64,000 nt of DNA, from NCBI GenBank assembly GCA_034670305.1, contig JAXMNT010000012.1, positions 64,001-128,000 of the forward strand, given 5' to 3'. The translations under genes and the position numbers were made by a program. Positions 49,733 through 60,068 of this stretch are shown here, piece after piece. A model generated the notes under the pieces. The model searched no databases. It was given only the letters and a program-made list of their open reading frames with translations, and was not told the origin of the DNA. Source of the stretch: Deltaproteobacteria bacterium. Lineage in GTDB: Bacteria > Myxococcota_A > Polyangia > Polyangiales > Houyiibacteriaceae. The first letter of the stretch is position 1. Each line of letters begins with the position of its first letter.

Positions 49733-52326
49733 TGCGTGGCGATCTACCCAAGCTGGTCTGGTCGAAGGAGATCTCCGAACGGGTCGAGATCGACGCGAAG
49801 GAGACGGTGCCGACCCACCTGCCGTTCCTGTTTCCGCGGCCTGGGGGACCACCGCCCGACCTGGACACCTGCGCCAAGGACATTCGGGGCGGCCGCCGGT
49901 CGGTTCCCATCACCGATCCGATGTCTGATGAATCGGTCCGGTTCTGGTTCCTCGCGGCGACCGACACCTCCGTCGCGGTCGACGACGTCGTGGATGCCGC
50001 CGTCGCGAACGACCTCTCCAAACCCATTGCGTTGAAGCAGGTCGAGGAGCGGTTCCGCGCGCTCTGTGCGGCCAACCGCTGGGACATTCCCCAACCCCCG
50101 GTGGTGAGCCGACTGCTGCCGCGGCTCGTCTCGTGGGACGACACGGTTCGTCTGATCCTCGAACATCCAAGGCCCCACACGATCAACGCGATGCTGGCGG
50201 TGCTGCCGTTCCCCAAGGACTGCGGTGCGTCCAAAGAGATCGCAGATCGTGGCCAGGCCCGCCTGCGCGACTTCGTCGATTCGCGAGAGACGCAGGGCAG
50301 CTGGGAAGTCGGACAAGCGCTGCGTTTTCTGAACTATCCGGAAGGTGTCGCCCGGTTCTTCAAGGGGAGCACGAAGAGATACGCCAAACGCATCGCGCGG
50401 GATCTCGGTGGCCCGTTGCTCGTGCAGCTGAAGGACGGCAAGGCGGCGTACACGGCGACCAAACGGTTCGGGATCCCGCTCCCCGCGGCCCGGATCCGCG
50501 ACCTCGTGGAGCGGTTCGGTTACGAACACGCGGATCTGCTCGTCGCCGCGGCGGCGAAGAACAACGCCGAGCTGAAGCTCATGATGGCCGTGCACACGCC
50601 CCACGCGGTCGCGGGTTGGCTTGGGCTTCTCAAGAAGGCGGCGCTCGTGGACTTCGCCGAGCACTACCTATTGAACGAAGGCGCCAACGCGATCGAGGGT
50701 CTGATCAAGACGGTCGGTCGGCGCGGCCAACTGCGGGACCACGCGCTCGGGTTCCTCGTGCGCATCGTCGACGCGGGCCACGAGAAGCTCGTGCGCGAGC
50801 TCATGTCGGATGAGACCAAGAAGATTCAGGAGCTCATCGAAGCCCACGTCTTCGCCGAAGACGAAGACGCGCTGCCCGAGCTGCCCGACGAAGACTGGCC
50901 GGCGTGGCTCACGAAGCTCGTCGAGGGCGCTCCGGCGAAACTCCCGCCAACCTTGAAGGCTGTTGTGCCGTCCCAGCTTCCGGAGCTGCGCACGTCGGAT
51001 GGCGCGTACCGGATCCCGACCCGCGCGGTCGAAGCGCTCCTGGCCAAACTCGCCTCCGCCGTCCCCAAGACGCCACCCGTGCTCAAGCAGGCTGCGGAGG
51101 CGTGGCATCCAGACGACCAGGCCGCGTTCGCGTCGCTCTTCTTCGCACGGTGGTTTGCGGGCAAGAAGCCGCTGGATCCGAACAACGTCTGGATCCTCTC
51201 GCTGGTGGAACTCTTCGGTTCCGAACTCGAGGCGGCGCAGCTCGGCACGACCTTGACCAGCTCCAAGTGGGGGCGTTCGCTTCGACCGAAAGCCATGACC
51301 ACGCTCCGGCGGATGGAGACCCGCGAAGCACTGAGCGCGCTGGAGCGCCTTCGGTTCAAGTACGCCAAATCCAAGAAGCTCCTGGAGGAACTCGAACAGA
51401 AGTGGGGCTGCTCGCACGAGGAGTTCCTCGACCGCATCGTGCCGACCTGCGGGCTGAACGAACTGCATTGCCTGGAGCTCGACTTCGGAGAGCGGAAGCC
51501 GATCGCCGCAGTGTTGCCGCCCGACCGAATCGTCATCGTGGACCGCGACAGCGGCGACGTGTTCCAGAAGCTGCCGCCCCGCCGCAAGGTCGACGACAAC
51601 GACCTCTACAAGGTCGCGCGCGAGCAATACAAGGCGCTGCGCAAGTCGCACGGCAAGGTGAGCGAAGAACAGATCCCGCGCTTCGAACGCGCGATGATCA
51701 ACGACCGGCGGTTCAAGAAGGATCACTGGTTGGAGTTCCTCTCGCTCCACGCGGTGCTCGGCCCGATCGTGTGCACCTTGGTCTGGAAGACCCTGCGGGA
51801 TGGAGAGTGGGTGCTCTTCTTGCCGACGCACCCGGACGACACCTGCATCGACCTGAACTACGACGAGGTGCAACTCGGCGAGGAGGTCGCGCTCGCGCAT
51901 CCAGCCGACATGACCCCGGAAGAAGCGCGGCGGTGGTCGGAGCTCTTGGCCGAAAACGAGATCGTGCAGCCCTTCGATCAACTCGCGCGGCTCGCGTTCC
52001 GCAAGGGCAGCCCCGACATCGAACAAGAACTCGCGCGGCTCAAACGCGAGGTGAAGACCGGGCACGACCTGAAGACGTGGCTGCAGCAGCGGCGCTGGCA
52101 CATGGGGCAGCACGTCGAAGGCCTGGTCTCCCACTTCCTGTCCGTACCCGTCGATGCCTGGCAAGGCCTCGTCACCGTGGACCCGCCGATCCAGCCCTGG
52201 AACTGGCCGCCGTCGGGAGAGCACTCGATCACCGGGGTGTCGTTCACCCGGGCGGGCGTGGAAGTCGAAGCCGCCGAGGTCCCCGCGGTCATCTACAGCG
52301 AGTGCCTTCGAAGCCTCTTCCAGTAG
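49732..52326 (+). CDS. DUF4132 domain protein (YehI/MolR-like C-terminus)
   Basis: EEFLDRIVPTCGL, LDFG, RFERAMI, LVW, LAHPADM, EIVQPFDQLAR, VPAVIYSE. Confidence 0.85.
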   Translation: MRGDLPKLVWSKEISERVEIDAKETVPTHLPFLFPRPGGPPPDLDTCAKDIRGGRRSVPITDPMSDESVRFWFLAATDTSVAVDDVVDAAVANDLSKPIALKQVEERFRALCAANRWDIPQPPVVSRLLPRLVSWDDTVRLILEHPRPHTINAMLAVLPFPKDCGASKEIADRGQARLRDFVDSRETQGSWEVGQALRFLNYPEGVARFFKGSTKRYAKRIARDLGGPLLVQLKDGKAAYTATKRFGIPLPAARIRDLVERFGYEHADLLVAAAAKNNAELKLMMAVHTPHAVAGWLGLLKKAALVDFAEHYLLNEGANAIEGLIKTVGRRGQLRDHALGFLVRIVDAGHEKLVRELMSDETKKIQELIEAHVFAEDEDALPELPDEDWPAWLTKLVEGAPAKLPPTLKAVVPSQLPELRTSDGAYRIPTRAVEALLAKLASAVPKTPPVLKQAAEAWHPDDQAAFASLFFARWFAGKKPLDPNNVWILSLVELFGSELEAAQLGTTLTSSKWGRSLRPKAMTTLRRMETREALSALERLRFKYAKSKKLLEELEQKWGCSHEEFLDRIVPTCGLNELHCLELDFGERKPIAAVLPPDRIVIVDRDSGDVFQKLPPRRKVDDNDLYKVAREQYKALRKSHGKVSEEQIPRFERAMINDRRFKKDHWLEFLSLHAVLGPIVCTLVWKTLRDGEWVLFLPTHPDDTCIDLNYDEVQLGEEVALAHPADMTPEEARRWSELLAENEIVQPFDQLARLAFRKGSPDIEQELARLKREVKTGHDLKTWLQQRRWHMGQHVEGLVSHFLSVPVDAWQGLVTVDPPIQPWNWPPSGEHSITGVSFTRAGVEVEAAEVPAVIYSECLRSLFQ

Positions 52327-52413
52327 CGGAAGCGCGCGGCTTGGACTCACGTCCCAACCACTGAGCCAAGGGTGTTGGAGCCCGACGGTCAGACCTCTGG
52401 CTGGCTCTCAGTC

Positions 52414-53952
52414 CTAGCGGTCGAGCTCGGCGGAGAGGGTGTGCTGCGAGATCTCGCGGTGGGTCTCGCGCAGGGTCAGGGTGCCGCCGGGGATCTTCCA
52501 GATGCGTTGTGCGCCCTTGCGTTTGCCTTTGCCGAAGACGGCGGTGAACACCTCTTCGAAGGCTTGCGCCGAGCTGTAGGGGAGGTCGTAGTAGTCCAAG
52601 TAGACCGACTCGACGCGTTTGTCTTTTCCGAACCGGAGGAACCCTTCTTTGGTCGCGCGTTTGAGATCCCAGTCCTCTGCGAGCCCGTCTCGGGTGCTGC
52701 CTAGCCGAACGCCGACAAGGCCGTCTTCGGTCGCGAGGTGGGCGCGGACCTCGTCCACGCCCGGCGCCTGCAAGAAGGGGAACTCCTTGCGGTCGATGAG
52801 TTCGAGGAGGCCGAGCTCGCTGAGCCACGCGGACTTCTCCTTGGACTGGCGCCAATCCGGGCTCACGCGCATGGGCCGCAGCACCGCGCCGCGCTTGACC
52901 AGGTACTTCACGATGTCGAGGCGGGCCTGGCCCAACTTCTCCTCCGCGATCGAGCCCTTCATCTTCTTGTGGGAGCCCTTCTTGTCGTCCCACTCGTCCG
53001 TTTCGAACTCCATCTCTTCGGCGAGGTCGGCGCCGTGCTCGAGGAAGAGGTCGATCATCGCTTCGCTCGCGATGCCCTGCGCGTTCGCGCCGATCACGCC
53101 GGCCAACCCCGCGGTGGTGGCGCGCACACCGGTCGCGAAAAGGGCGCGGAAGGTGGCGACGTAGTCCGCTTCACCCCGTGGGTTCTTCTGATCCGCGAGC
53201 CGGAGTTTGTAGGCCCAGTACGACCAGATGGGTCCGCCCCAAGTGCCGGTGTCGGTCGGCAGTTTGGACAGATCGAGGCCGTGTTTCTCGAGCAAGGGCA
53301 ACACCGCCGGATCGTGCACGCTCCAGAAGAGGGCGGGCTTGAGAGGCGCTTTCTTTCCGAGGGTTTGAAGCACCCGTTCGATGAGCGCAGCGCTCCCTCC
53401 GCGGACCGCGTCGCCCAGGTGTTCGGGGCGGATGGCGTCGTCGCCGAACAGCGCCGCCGTCTCTTCGTTCCCGTCGCGCAGCGTCAGCCCAAAGGGGGTG
53501 ACGTTCATCATCTGCACGGTGGTCGTGGCCGGGTTGTTGTACCGGAGCTCGGCCATCTTCACGGTCTTCTCCGTGTCGACCCCGTGCTCGAGCAGCGCCC
53601 GTGCGAACTCGACGTGGCCCAGACGAAGCGCGGTGGTCAACGGCGTGCCGGTCACGGTCACCGCTTCGAAATCGGCTTTGCGTTTCACCGCGCGCGCGAT
53701 GCCTTCGGGGTCGCCCAAGATGGCCGCAGCGATCGCGTCGTTCCACATCCAGCCCTTCTTCAGTGGCTTGATCTTGTTCGCGGTCGCGACTTCGACGAGA
53801 AGCACGCGCACCTCCGGATCGGTCGCGAAGAGCGCACACCACAACAAGTCGTTGATGGGCGGCCGCTTCTTCTGCGCTTCGAGCCAAGTGCGGGTGGCTT
53901 CGGCGTCGCCTTCGTGGGCGAGCCGGATCAGTTCACGGTCCATGGTGGCCAT
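52414..53952 (-). CDS. Ankyrin-repeat protein
   Basis: GTPLTTALRLGHVEFARALLEHGVD, LFLEHGAD, IVKYLVKRGA. Confidence 0.8.
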   Translation of the reverse strand: MATMDRELIRLAHEGDAEATRTWLEAQKKRPPINDLLWCALFATDPEVRVLLVEVATANKIKPLKKGWMWNDAIAAAILGDPEGIARAVKRKADFEAVTVTGTPLTTALRLGHVEFARALLEHGVDTEKTVKMAELRYNNPATTTVQMMNVTPFGLTLRDGNEETAALFGDDAIRPEHLGDAVRGGSAALIERVLQTLGKKAPLKPALFWSVHDPAVLPLLEKHGLDLSKLPTDTGTWGGPIWSYWAYKLRLADQKNPRGEADYVATFRALFATGVRATTAGLAGVIGANAQGIASEAMIDLFLEHGADLAEEMEFETDEWDDKKGSHKKMKGSIAEEKLGQARLDIVKYLVKRGAVLRPMRVSPDWRQSKEKSAWLSELGLLELIDRKEFPFLQAPGVDEVRAHLATEDGLVGVRLGSTRDGLAEDWDLKRATKEGFLRFGKDKRVESVYLDYYDLPYSSAQAFEEVFTAVFGKGKRKGAQRIWKIPGGTLTLRETHREISQHTLSAELDR

Positions 53953-54162
53953 CCGCGAATGCTCTCCGCTCGCTTCGCGGTCGTCGAGCGGTTTTTGTCC
54001 ACCGCCAGTCTCACAAAGCGAGCATCTGCGAATGGCCCATGCACCCGGGGGAGAAGGCGGGCTGGGGAACCCTTCCCCTCAGAAGACCAGGGCACACGCG
54101 TAGGCCGCCAATCTCGAAGCGAGCCACGCCCGTCTGGGCAATGAATCAAGTATGGTGCCGAG

Positions 54163-55455
54163 ATGATTCGAATCGCATCGATGTGTCTCATCGTATTGGC
54201 CGCGTGCAGCAGCGGCGGCGACGACCTCCCCGAGTACCAGCCGCTCAGCCCCGAACGTTTGCCGATGGCGGACACCTCGACCTTCGACGTGGACTGGAAC
54301 CCAGAGGTGATCGTCGCCGAAGAGTCCGACGTGCTCGCCGACGTGGAGAACCTCCAGCCGGCCAACGGCGTGTTCCGCATCCGCGCGGGCTCGCCGATGC
54401 TCGCGGGCGTCGAGGTCGGCAGCACGGTGGTCTGGCCGCAGCTCGGGCTCTTCGAGATCACCTCGATGATGGACGAGGGCGACCGCGTCGCCGTCGGTAC
54501 CGAGTGGGCGCGCTTCAGCGAGTCGATGTCCCGCGCGGACATTCAGTTCGGGCACCAGATGCGCGACATGGGTCCCGGCAGCGTGATCGGGGTCGCTCCG
54601 GCGGCCGGTTCGATCGAAGGTGGGCTGCAACAGGCGCTCTTCGACGAAGCGGACTTCTACGCGCTGCTCGAACAGGGTGTCGCTTACAGCGGCGGCACCT
54701 GGAGCGTGAACCTGAGCATGGTGGGCGACGCGGGCCGGTTTCAGTTCATGAGCAGCAACGGCGGCACCTCGACCGCGTTCGAGGCCATGGCGACTGGGCT
54801 CGAGGCAGAAGGGTCGATCCAGATCGACGAGTCCGATCCCGACAGCGAACCGACGGTGCGCTTGTACTTCCCGGGCATCGACGTCACCGGCAACGTCTCG
54901 GCGAGCTTCGAAGCGGCGACCGGAAGCGCGGAGATCTTCCCGCCCGCCACGCTGGTCTTCCCGTTCATGCTCGGACCGTTGCCGGCGTTCGTCGCCGTCA
55001 GCGTGCGGGTCGCCGTCCAGTCGACGGTGGGCGCCAGTGCGACGATGACCGTGTCCTCGGACTTCGACCTCGGCGGCACCGTCACGCTCTCGCGGGGGCC
55101 CGAGGGATTCGGCATCGAAGGCGGCATCACCCGCTTCTCCTCCAACCCGGACGTCGGCGGCTCAGCGGGTGTCACGGTCGGCGCGAGCATCGACGTCGAC
55201 GCGCCGCGGGTCACGTTCGGGTTCGGACGACCCGGCATCGCCACCGCGGCGATCTACATGACCCACAGCGCCGAAGCGGTGGCGAACGTGGCGGTCGATC
55301 CATCCAGCGGCGAATTCTGCGCACGGGTCTCCGTCGGCAGCAGCGTGCTCTACGGCGGCGAGGTCACCGCGCTCGGCTGGTCGGTCGGCACCGGCGACAA
55401 CATGCTCGGAGGCATCCGGTCCCCGGACACGACCCGCGGAACCCTCTGCGAATAG
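54163..55455 (+). CDS. Beta-rich lipoprotein, unknown function
   Basis: Lipobox LAAC and long alternating beta segments. TATGGT lies 6 nt upstream. Confidence 0.75.
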   Translation: MIRIASMCLIVLAACSSGGDDLPEYQPLSPERLPMADTSTFDVDWNPEVIVAEESDVLADVENLQPANGVFRIRAGSPMLAGVEVGSTVVWPQLGLFEITSMMDEGDRVAVGTEWARFSESMSRADIQFGHQMRDMGPGSVIGVAPAAGSIEGGLQQALFDEADFYALLEQGVAYSGGTWSVNLSMVGDAGRFQFMSSNGGTSTAFEAMATGLEAEGSIQIDESDPDSEPTVRLYFPGIDVTGNVSASFEAATGSAEIFPPATLVFPFMLGPLPAFVAVSVRVAVQSTVGASATMTVSSDFDLGGTVTLSRGPEGFGIEGGITRFSSNPDVGGSAGVTVGASIDVDAPRVTFGFGRPGIATAAIYMTHSAEAVANVAVDPSSGEFCARVSVGSSVLYGGEVTALGWSVGTGDNMLGGIRSPDTTRGTLCE

Positions 55456-55564
55456 AAGGTCGCACCTTCAGGGCCGACTGCTGCATTTCAACCAGACGGC
55501 GTCTTGGTCCTGTACCGAAGAAGTACCGGCGTCTGAGCGAACCCACCTGAAGTATCCTGCGCCC

Positions 55565-57775
55565 GTGGCCACGCTGTACCCGTTCAAGTCCAACAGGTGC
55601 ATCGGCCTTGCCGATGCGACCGGTCGCGTGCACGTCGCGCCCGTCTACGACCGCATCGAACCGCTGGCCGACGGGCGGCGCCTCGTCGAGCGGGGCTTCG
55701 CCCGCGGCTTCCTCGACGCCGAGGGCAAGGTCGCGATCCCGCTCCACTTCGGCAACGCGTCGAGCTTCGCGCACGGGTTGGCCTGGGCGAGTGCAACGAT
55801 CGCGGGCGCCCAGGGTCTCATCGACGTGAACGGAGAGTGGGTGTTGCCGGCGAAGTACGGCTGGCCGACCGCAGTGTCTCCGGAGTTCGCGGTCGCACGG
55901 CCGAGCGACAAGGAGACCTGGGGTCTGCTCGAGATCGCCACCGAGAAGTGGGTTGTCGAACCGGTCTACAAAGCGATGCGCGGCATGGGCGCAGGCCTCG
56001 TCCGGTTCATCCAGAAGCGCAAGATGGGCGCGATGACGTTCGACGGGAAGGTCTTCTTGAAAGACGCCTGGGAGTCGCTTCACCGCAACGACGACGGCAC
56101 CTTCCTCGCACGTGCGAAGAAGAAGGCGCCGTGGCAGCGGCTTGATGCCAAGGGCGCGCTGGTCGACGAGCTCGAAGCGTTCCATGACCTCTACCCCTAC
56201 GTGTCTGGGTTCGCGCCGGCCAAGCGCGGCAAACTGTGGGGGCTCGTCGACAAAGACGGCGTTTGGGTGCTCGACCCAGTCGGCACGATGCCACCGACGC
56301 CATCCCCAGATGGCAGTGGCCCCTACCGCATCTTGGCCAAGAAGTACGGCTACGCGACGCCAGCCAAGGGTGTGCTCGTGGAGCCGACCTACGCACACGC
56401 GACTGTGTTCGAAGCCGGCCACGCGATCGCAGACGGCAAGGTGCTCGATGCCGCGGGCAAGGTGGTCGCAACCGTGGACGAGTCGACGCCACCAGTCGTC
56501 GCGCCGGCGGCGCCGCCCGCGAAGGACGTGGCCGCGAAGGCCTTGGTCGCGATGTGCGGTCGGCCGAGCAAGCAGCCGGCGGACCCTGCGCTGCTGCGGG
56601 CGATCGGCGCGCTGCCAAGCGACGACCTCGCAGCGGTGCTCGATGCGTGGGCCCGCGCGGGCCAGCCGTGGATCCAGATCGGCGTGTGGGAGATCTATCG
56701 GAGCACGAGCGGCAAGGACCTCGTCGCGGCATTGCTCGCTGGCAAGAAGCGGCTGCCGTTCGGGACCGGCGACTACGACGATCCGATCGCGGTTCGTTTC
56801 CCGCGCGGCGAGCTCCAGATCAAGATCGAGAGCAACCCCGACGACACCGCCCCCCGCACGTTTCACTCGCTCGACAGCTTCGTGGACGCGGTGGTGATCG
56901 ACGCCATCGACAAACTCGAGCCGGGGTCGGACAAGCCGTGGCCGCCGTCGGAGGAGATCACCAAGTGGCTCGAAGCGGCCAAACCCAGCGAGTACGTGCA
57001 GAAAGCGCTCGCGAACCACGCCCGCCTCGTCGTGATGTGGAAGGGCGTGTCTGACGAAGCACGGGAAGCCGCGCAGGCTTGGCTGGACGCCCACGAGTCC
57101 AAGCGGCTCGACCCGGCCACGCTGCCGATGACGTTCAAGACGTGCCAACCGAAGCCGGTCACGGAGCCGCCGGAGGCTACGGTGAAGCTCCTGACCGCAG
57201 GTGGGCATCTGCGTTTTCAGCGCGCCGGCGACCGCTGGATCGCGCTCTCCAACAAAGGCATCCGGTTCGAGGTGAAAGGCAAACGCAAGACCGCGGGCCT
57301 GACCTCCGGCCCAGCACAGCTCGGACCCGCGGTCGCGGTGCAAGGCGACGTGGCCCTCGTCGGAGGCCGGTGCGAAGTGCTCCGGGTGGATCTGGCCACC
57401 GGCAAGAAGTCGACGATCTTCCAGCGCATGTATGGCGACGTGCACGCCGTCGCGCCCATCGCCGACGCGGACCGTCTGGTCGTGGCGGCCCGCGGCGAAG
57501 AGTTCGCGTGCACGCACCTCGAGGTGCTCGACATCGAGGGCAAGGTCCTCTCCAGGATCACGATGCCGCCGGGGGTGAAACTCGTGCGCGGCTTGCTGCC
57601 CCTGAGCGACGCGCTCGTGCTGCTCGCCAGCAGCGGCGCGGTGCACATCGTCGACGTCGCTGCGAAGAAGGTCGTGGCGCTGTTCGACCGCACCGCCAAG
57701 TCGGTCGCGTTCGACGGCAAGCGCCTGGTCCTCACCGACTTCGGCGACAAGGCGTTCGAGCTCACGAAGCGGTAG
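55565..57775 (+). CDS. WG-repeat protein with a C-terminal beta-propeller-like region
   Basis: Repeats GFLDAEGKVAIP, GLIDVNGEWVLP, WGLVDKDGVWVL. TATCCT lies 6 nt upstream of the GTG. Confidence 0.85.
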   Translation: MATLYPFKSNRCIGLADATGRVHVAPVYDRIEPLADGRRLVERGFARGFLDAEGKVAIPLHFGNASSFAHGLAWASATIAGAQGLIDVNGEWVLPAKYGWPTAVSPEFAVARPSDKETWGLLEIATEKWVVEPVYKAMRGMGAGLVRFIQKRKMGAMTFDGKVFLKDAWESLHRNDDGTFLARAKKKAPWQRLDAKGALVDELEAFHDLYPYVSGFAPAKRGKLWGLVDKDGVWVLDPVGTMPPTPSPDGSGPYRILAKKYGYATPAKGVLVEPTYAHATVFEAGHAIADGKVLDAAGKVVATVDESTPPVVAPAAPPAKDVAAKALVAMCGRPSKQPADPALLRAIGALPSDDLAAVLDAWARAGQPWIQIGVWEIYRSTSGKDLVAALLAGKKRLPFGTGDYDDPIAVRFPRGELQIKIESNPDDTAPRTFHSLDSFVDAVVIDAIDKLEPGSDKPWPPSEEITKWLEAAKPSEYVQKALANHARLVVMWKGVSDEAREAAQAWLDAHESKRLDPATLPMTFKTCQPKPVTEPPEATVKLLTAGGHLRFQRAGDRWIALSNKGIRFEVKGKRKTAGLTSGPAQLGPAVAVQGDVALVGGRCEVLRVDLATGKKSTIFQRMYGDVHAVAPIADADRLVVAARGEEFACTHLEVLDIEGKVLSRITMPPGVKLVRGLLPLSDALVLLASSGAVHIVDVAAKKVVALFDRTAKSVAFDGKRLVLTDFGDKAFELTKR

Positions 57776-57794
57776 AGCGAGCGTCCCACCCACG

Positions 57795-59906
57795 TCAGCG
57801 AAGGCCGACGACCGGACCCCTGCCTCTGCGACGTCGGCGGTGAAGGCCGACGAGCGCCGCGAACAAGAGCCATTCGGGCAGGCGGCCGTCGGTCCCCGCA
57901 GCGCAGCCGCCAGAGAGCCCCGAGCCGCGCGGCACCACCGGCGGATCATCGATGGGCTCGGGCTCTTCTTCTTCGTCGGGTCCGAGCGGATCGGTGTCGC
58001 CCGTTTCGCCTTCCAGGCAGTCCAGGTCTTCTCCGTCGCAGTCCTGGTCGATGCCGTCGCCGCACACTTCGTACGCAAGCGGGTAACGCAGCGGATCGGC
58101 GTCGTCGCAGTCTTCTTCTTCGCCACTCCCGTCTCCGTCCGCATCGACGGGCGGTGGTGGCGGCGGTGTGACGCCTTCTTCGAAGGAGTCCGCGATCGGC
58201 GGGCTCACATCCGGATCGCTGCCCGCGCCGTACCAGAGGATGTCGTCGTCGCCGTCGCCGTCGAAGTCGCCCACGTGCGGGCTGTAGGTGCCGCCCACGT
58301 TGATGGACGGACTCGCGTAGGTTCGGTCGCTCGAGAAGCGCCAGTAGAAGTCGCGGTCTTCGCCTTGCGCGTACCAGACCAGATCGTCGGTGCCGGACCC
58401 ATCGAAGTCGCCGACCAGCACCCGCGCGTAGCTGCCGTTGACGTCGAAGGACGAGTCGGTGAACGACCCGGACGCGTCGCCGTACCAGAGGTAGTCCGTG
58501 CTTGCGCCCGCCCGGTACCAGAGCACGTCGCCGCGGTCGTCGCCGTCGAAGTCGCCGGTCGACACGACGTACGTTCCGTTGACGGAGACGCTCTCGGTGT
58601 CGAACGTGCGGTCCGCGCGGCCGCGGTAGATCGCGTCGCTCGGTTCACCGGCCGCGTACCAGAGGATGTCGTCCCGTCCGTCGCCGTTGAAGTCCTGGAC
58701 CTGTGGCGCGTAGGTGCCGACGATCGACTGCGGCCGGTCGGTGAACGAGCGGTCGGCTTCGCCGAACCAGATCGTGTCCGCCGCGGCACCAGGCGCGTAC
58801 CAGAAGAGATCGCTGCGACCGTCTCCGTCGAAGTCCCCGGTGAACGGTTGGTAGGTGCCGCTCACGGGACGGGGCGTGGACTCGAAGGTGCCGTCGGCGT
58901 TGCCGAACCAGAGGAAGTCGGGCGCGGACGGAGTGGTGTTGTAGAAGAAGATGTCGTCGCGTTCGTCGCCATCGAAGTCCGCGACGACCACCGTGTAGTG
59001 CCCGTTCACTTCGAGGCTGCGTGATCGGAACGAACCGTCGGTCTGACCGAGCCATACGAAGTCCTCGCGGCTGCCCCAGCCGTACCAGAAGATGTCGTCC
59101 GCACCGTTGCCGTCGAAGTCGCCGATGTGCGGCAAGTAGAGTCCGTTGACGTCGATGGCGCGGCTGACGAACTCACCACTCGGCGTGCCGTACCAGAGGT
59201 GGTCCGGCCGGCTGCCGCACTGGCAGGCGTGTTCTTCGCAGCCACAGCCGTAGAGGAAGCCGCACTCGGCGATCTCGAAGTCGTTGCAGGTGGGCGGTGG
59301 CGGCGCGACGCCCGGCGGCCCTTCGGTGAAGAAGCGGGTGCCGCGGCTGGCCGCTTGCAAGGTGATCTCGACGTGCAGGTGGTCGTGGTGTGGATGTGGT
59401 CCACCGTACGAACGCTCGCGCGAACCAGACCGCGTTCCGCTCCAGGAGGTGCGGTCCCAGATCACGTACTGCACCCCGATGTACGCAGAGTGTTCGAGCA
59501 GCCAGTTCGCGACCGGGTCGCCGAGATCGTTGTCGGCCGCGCCTGCGTGCAATGGAATGAAGATGTCGATCGCGCGACCGGTGCCGTGCACCGAGGTCTT
59601 GCTCAGGTTCGCGGTGTTCTGCCGACACGCGTAACCCTGGATGGAGGTGATCTGCGGGAACGCGGCCATGAGGTGTGCACGGAGCTCCTGGGCACCCGGC
59701 GTGAAGCTGCCGCTGCAGTTGCGGCCTCCATCCCAGTTCGGCGCGCCGTCGTACCCGACCGAGTCGCCGGCGTTGTCTGGGATCCAGCGGCCCGGATGGC
59801 TGACCGCAGCTTCGAGGTCGTCCACCGAGGTCGGCGCCACACACCCCCACCCGCACAAGAGACTCACGAGGAACGGAACGACGCGGGGAAGAGACGAGAG
59901 GGGCAT
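57795..59906 (-). CDS. Surface protein: M15/LAS-like metallopeptidase domain, FG-GAP repeats, Cys-Asp metal-binding motif and MYXO-CTERM-like tail
   Basis: SVHGTGRAID..HHDHLHVE, seven GDFDGDGxDDIxWY-type repeats, DCDD..EVCGDGIDQDCDG, GGC-hydrophobic-RRRRR end. Confidence 0.85.
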   Translation of the reverse strand: MPLSSLPRVVPFLVSLLCGWGCVAPTSVDDLEAAVSHPGRWIPDNAGDSVGYDGAPNWDGGRNCSGSFTPGAQELRAHLMAAFPQITSIQGYACRQNTANLSKTSVHGTGRAIDIFIPLHAGAADNDLGDPVANWLLEHSAYIGVQYVIWDRTSWSGTRSGSRERSYGGPHPHHDHLHVEITLQAASRGTRFFTEGPPGVAPPPPTCNDFEIAECGFLYGCGCEEHACQCGSRPDHLWYGTPSGEFVSRAIDVNGLYLPHIGDFDGNGADDIFWYGWGSREDFVWLGQTDGSFRSRSLEVNGHYTVVVADFDGDERDDIFFYNTTPSAPDFLWFGNADGTFESTPRPVSGTYQPFTGDFDGDGRSDLFWYAPGAAADTIWFGEADRSFTDRPQSIVGTYAPQVQDFNGDGRDDILWYAAGEPSDAIYRGRADRTFDTESVSVNGTYVVSTGDFDGDDRGDVLWYRAGASTDYLWYGDASGSFTDSSFDVNGSYARVLVGDFDGSGTDDLVWYAQGEDRDFYWRFSSDRTYASPSINVGGTYSPHVGDFDGDGDDDILWYGAGSDPDVSPPIADSFEEGVTPPPPPPVDADGDGSGEEEDCDDADPLRYPLAYEVCGDGIDQDCDGEDLDCLEGETGDTDPLGPDEEEEPEPIDDPPVVPRGSGLSGGCAAGTDGRLPEWLLFAALVGLHRRRRRGRGPVVGLR

Positions 59907-59917
59907 GCCCTGGACGC

Positions 59918-59933
59918 AGCACGAATGGTGCCA
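59918..59933 (-). promoter_or_regulatory. Putative sigma54 -24/-12 promoter
   Basis: TGGCACCATTCGTGCT (GG-N10-GC). The predicted +1 is about 59907, next to ATG 59906. Confidence 0.55.
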
Positions 59934-60068
59934 GCCGATAGAGCCAGAGATCAGCCGATCTACCGACCCGGTACCGCCCAGGGATTGAACACCTGTATGG
60001 GCAATCCCGCGCAGCCCCCGATGCGCGAGATTGCTGGGTCTCTCCCGGGGTCGCGTCGTTTCAGCTCT

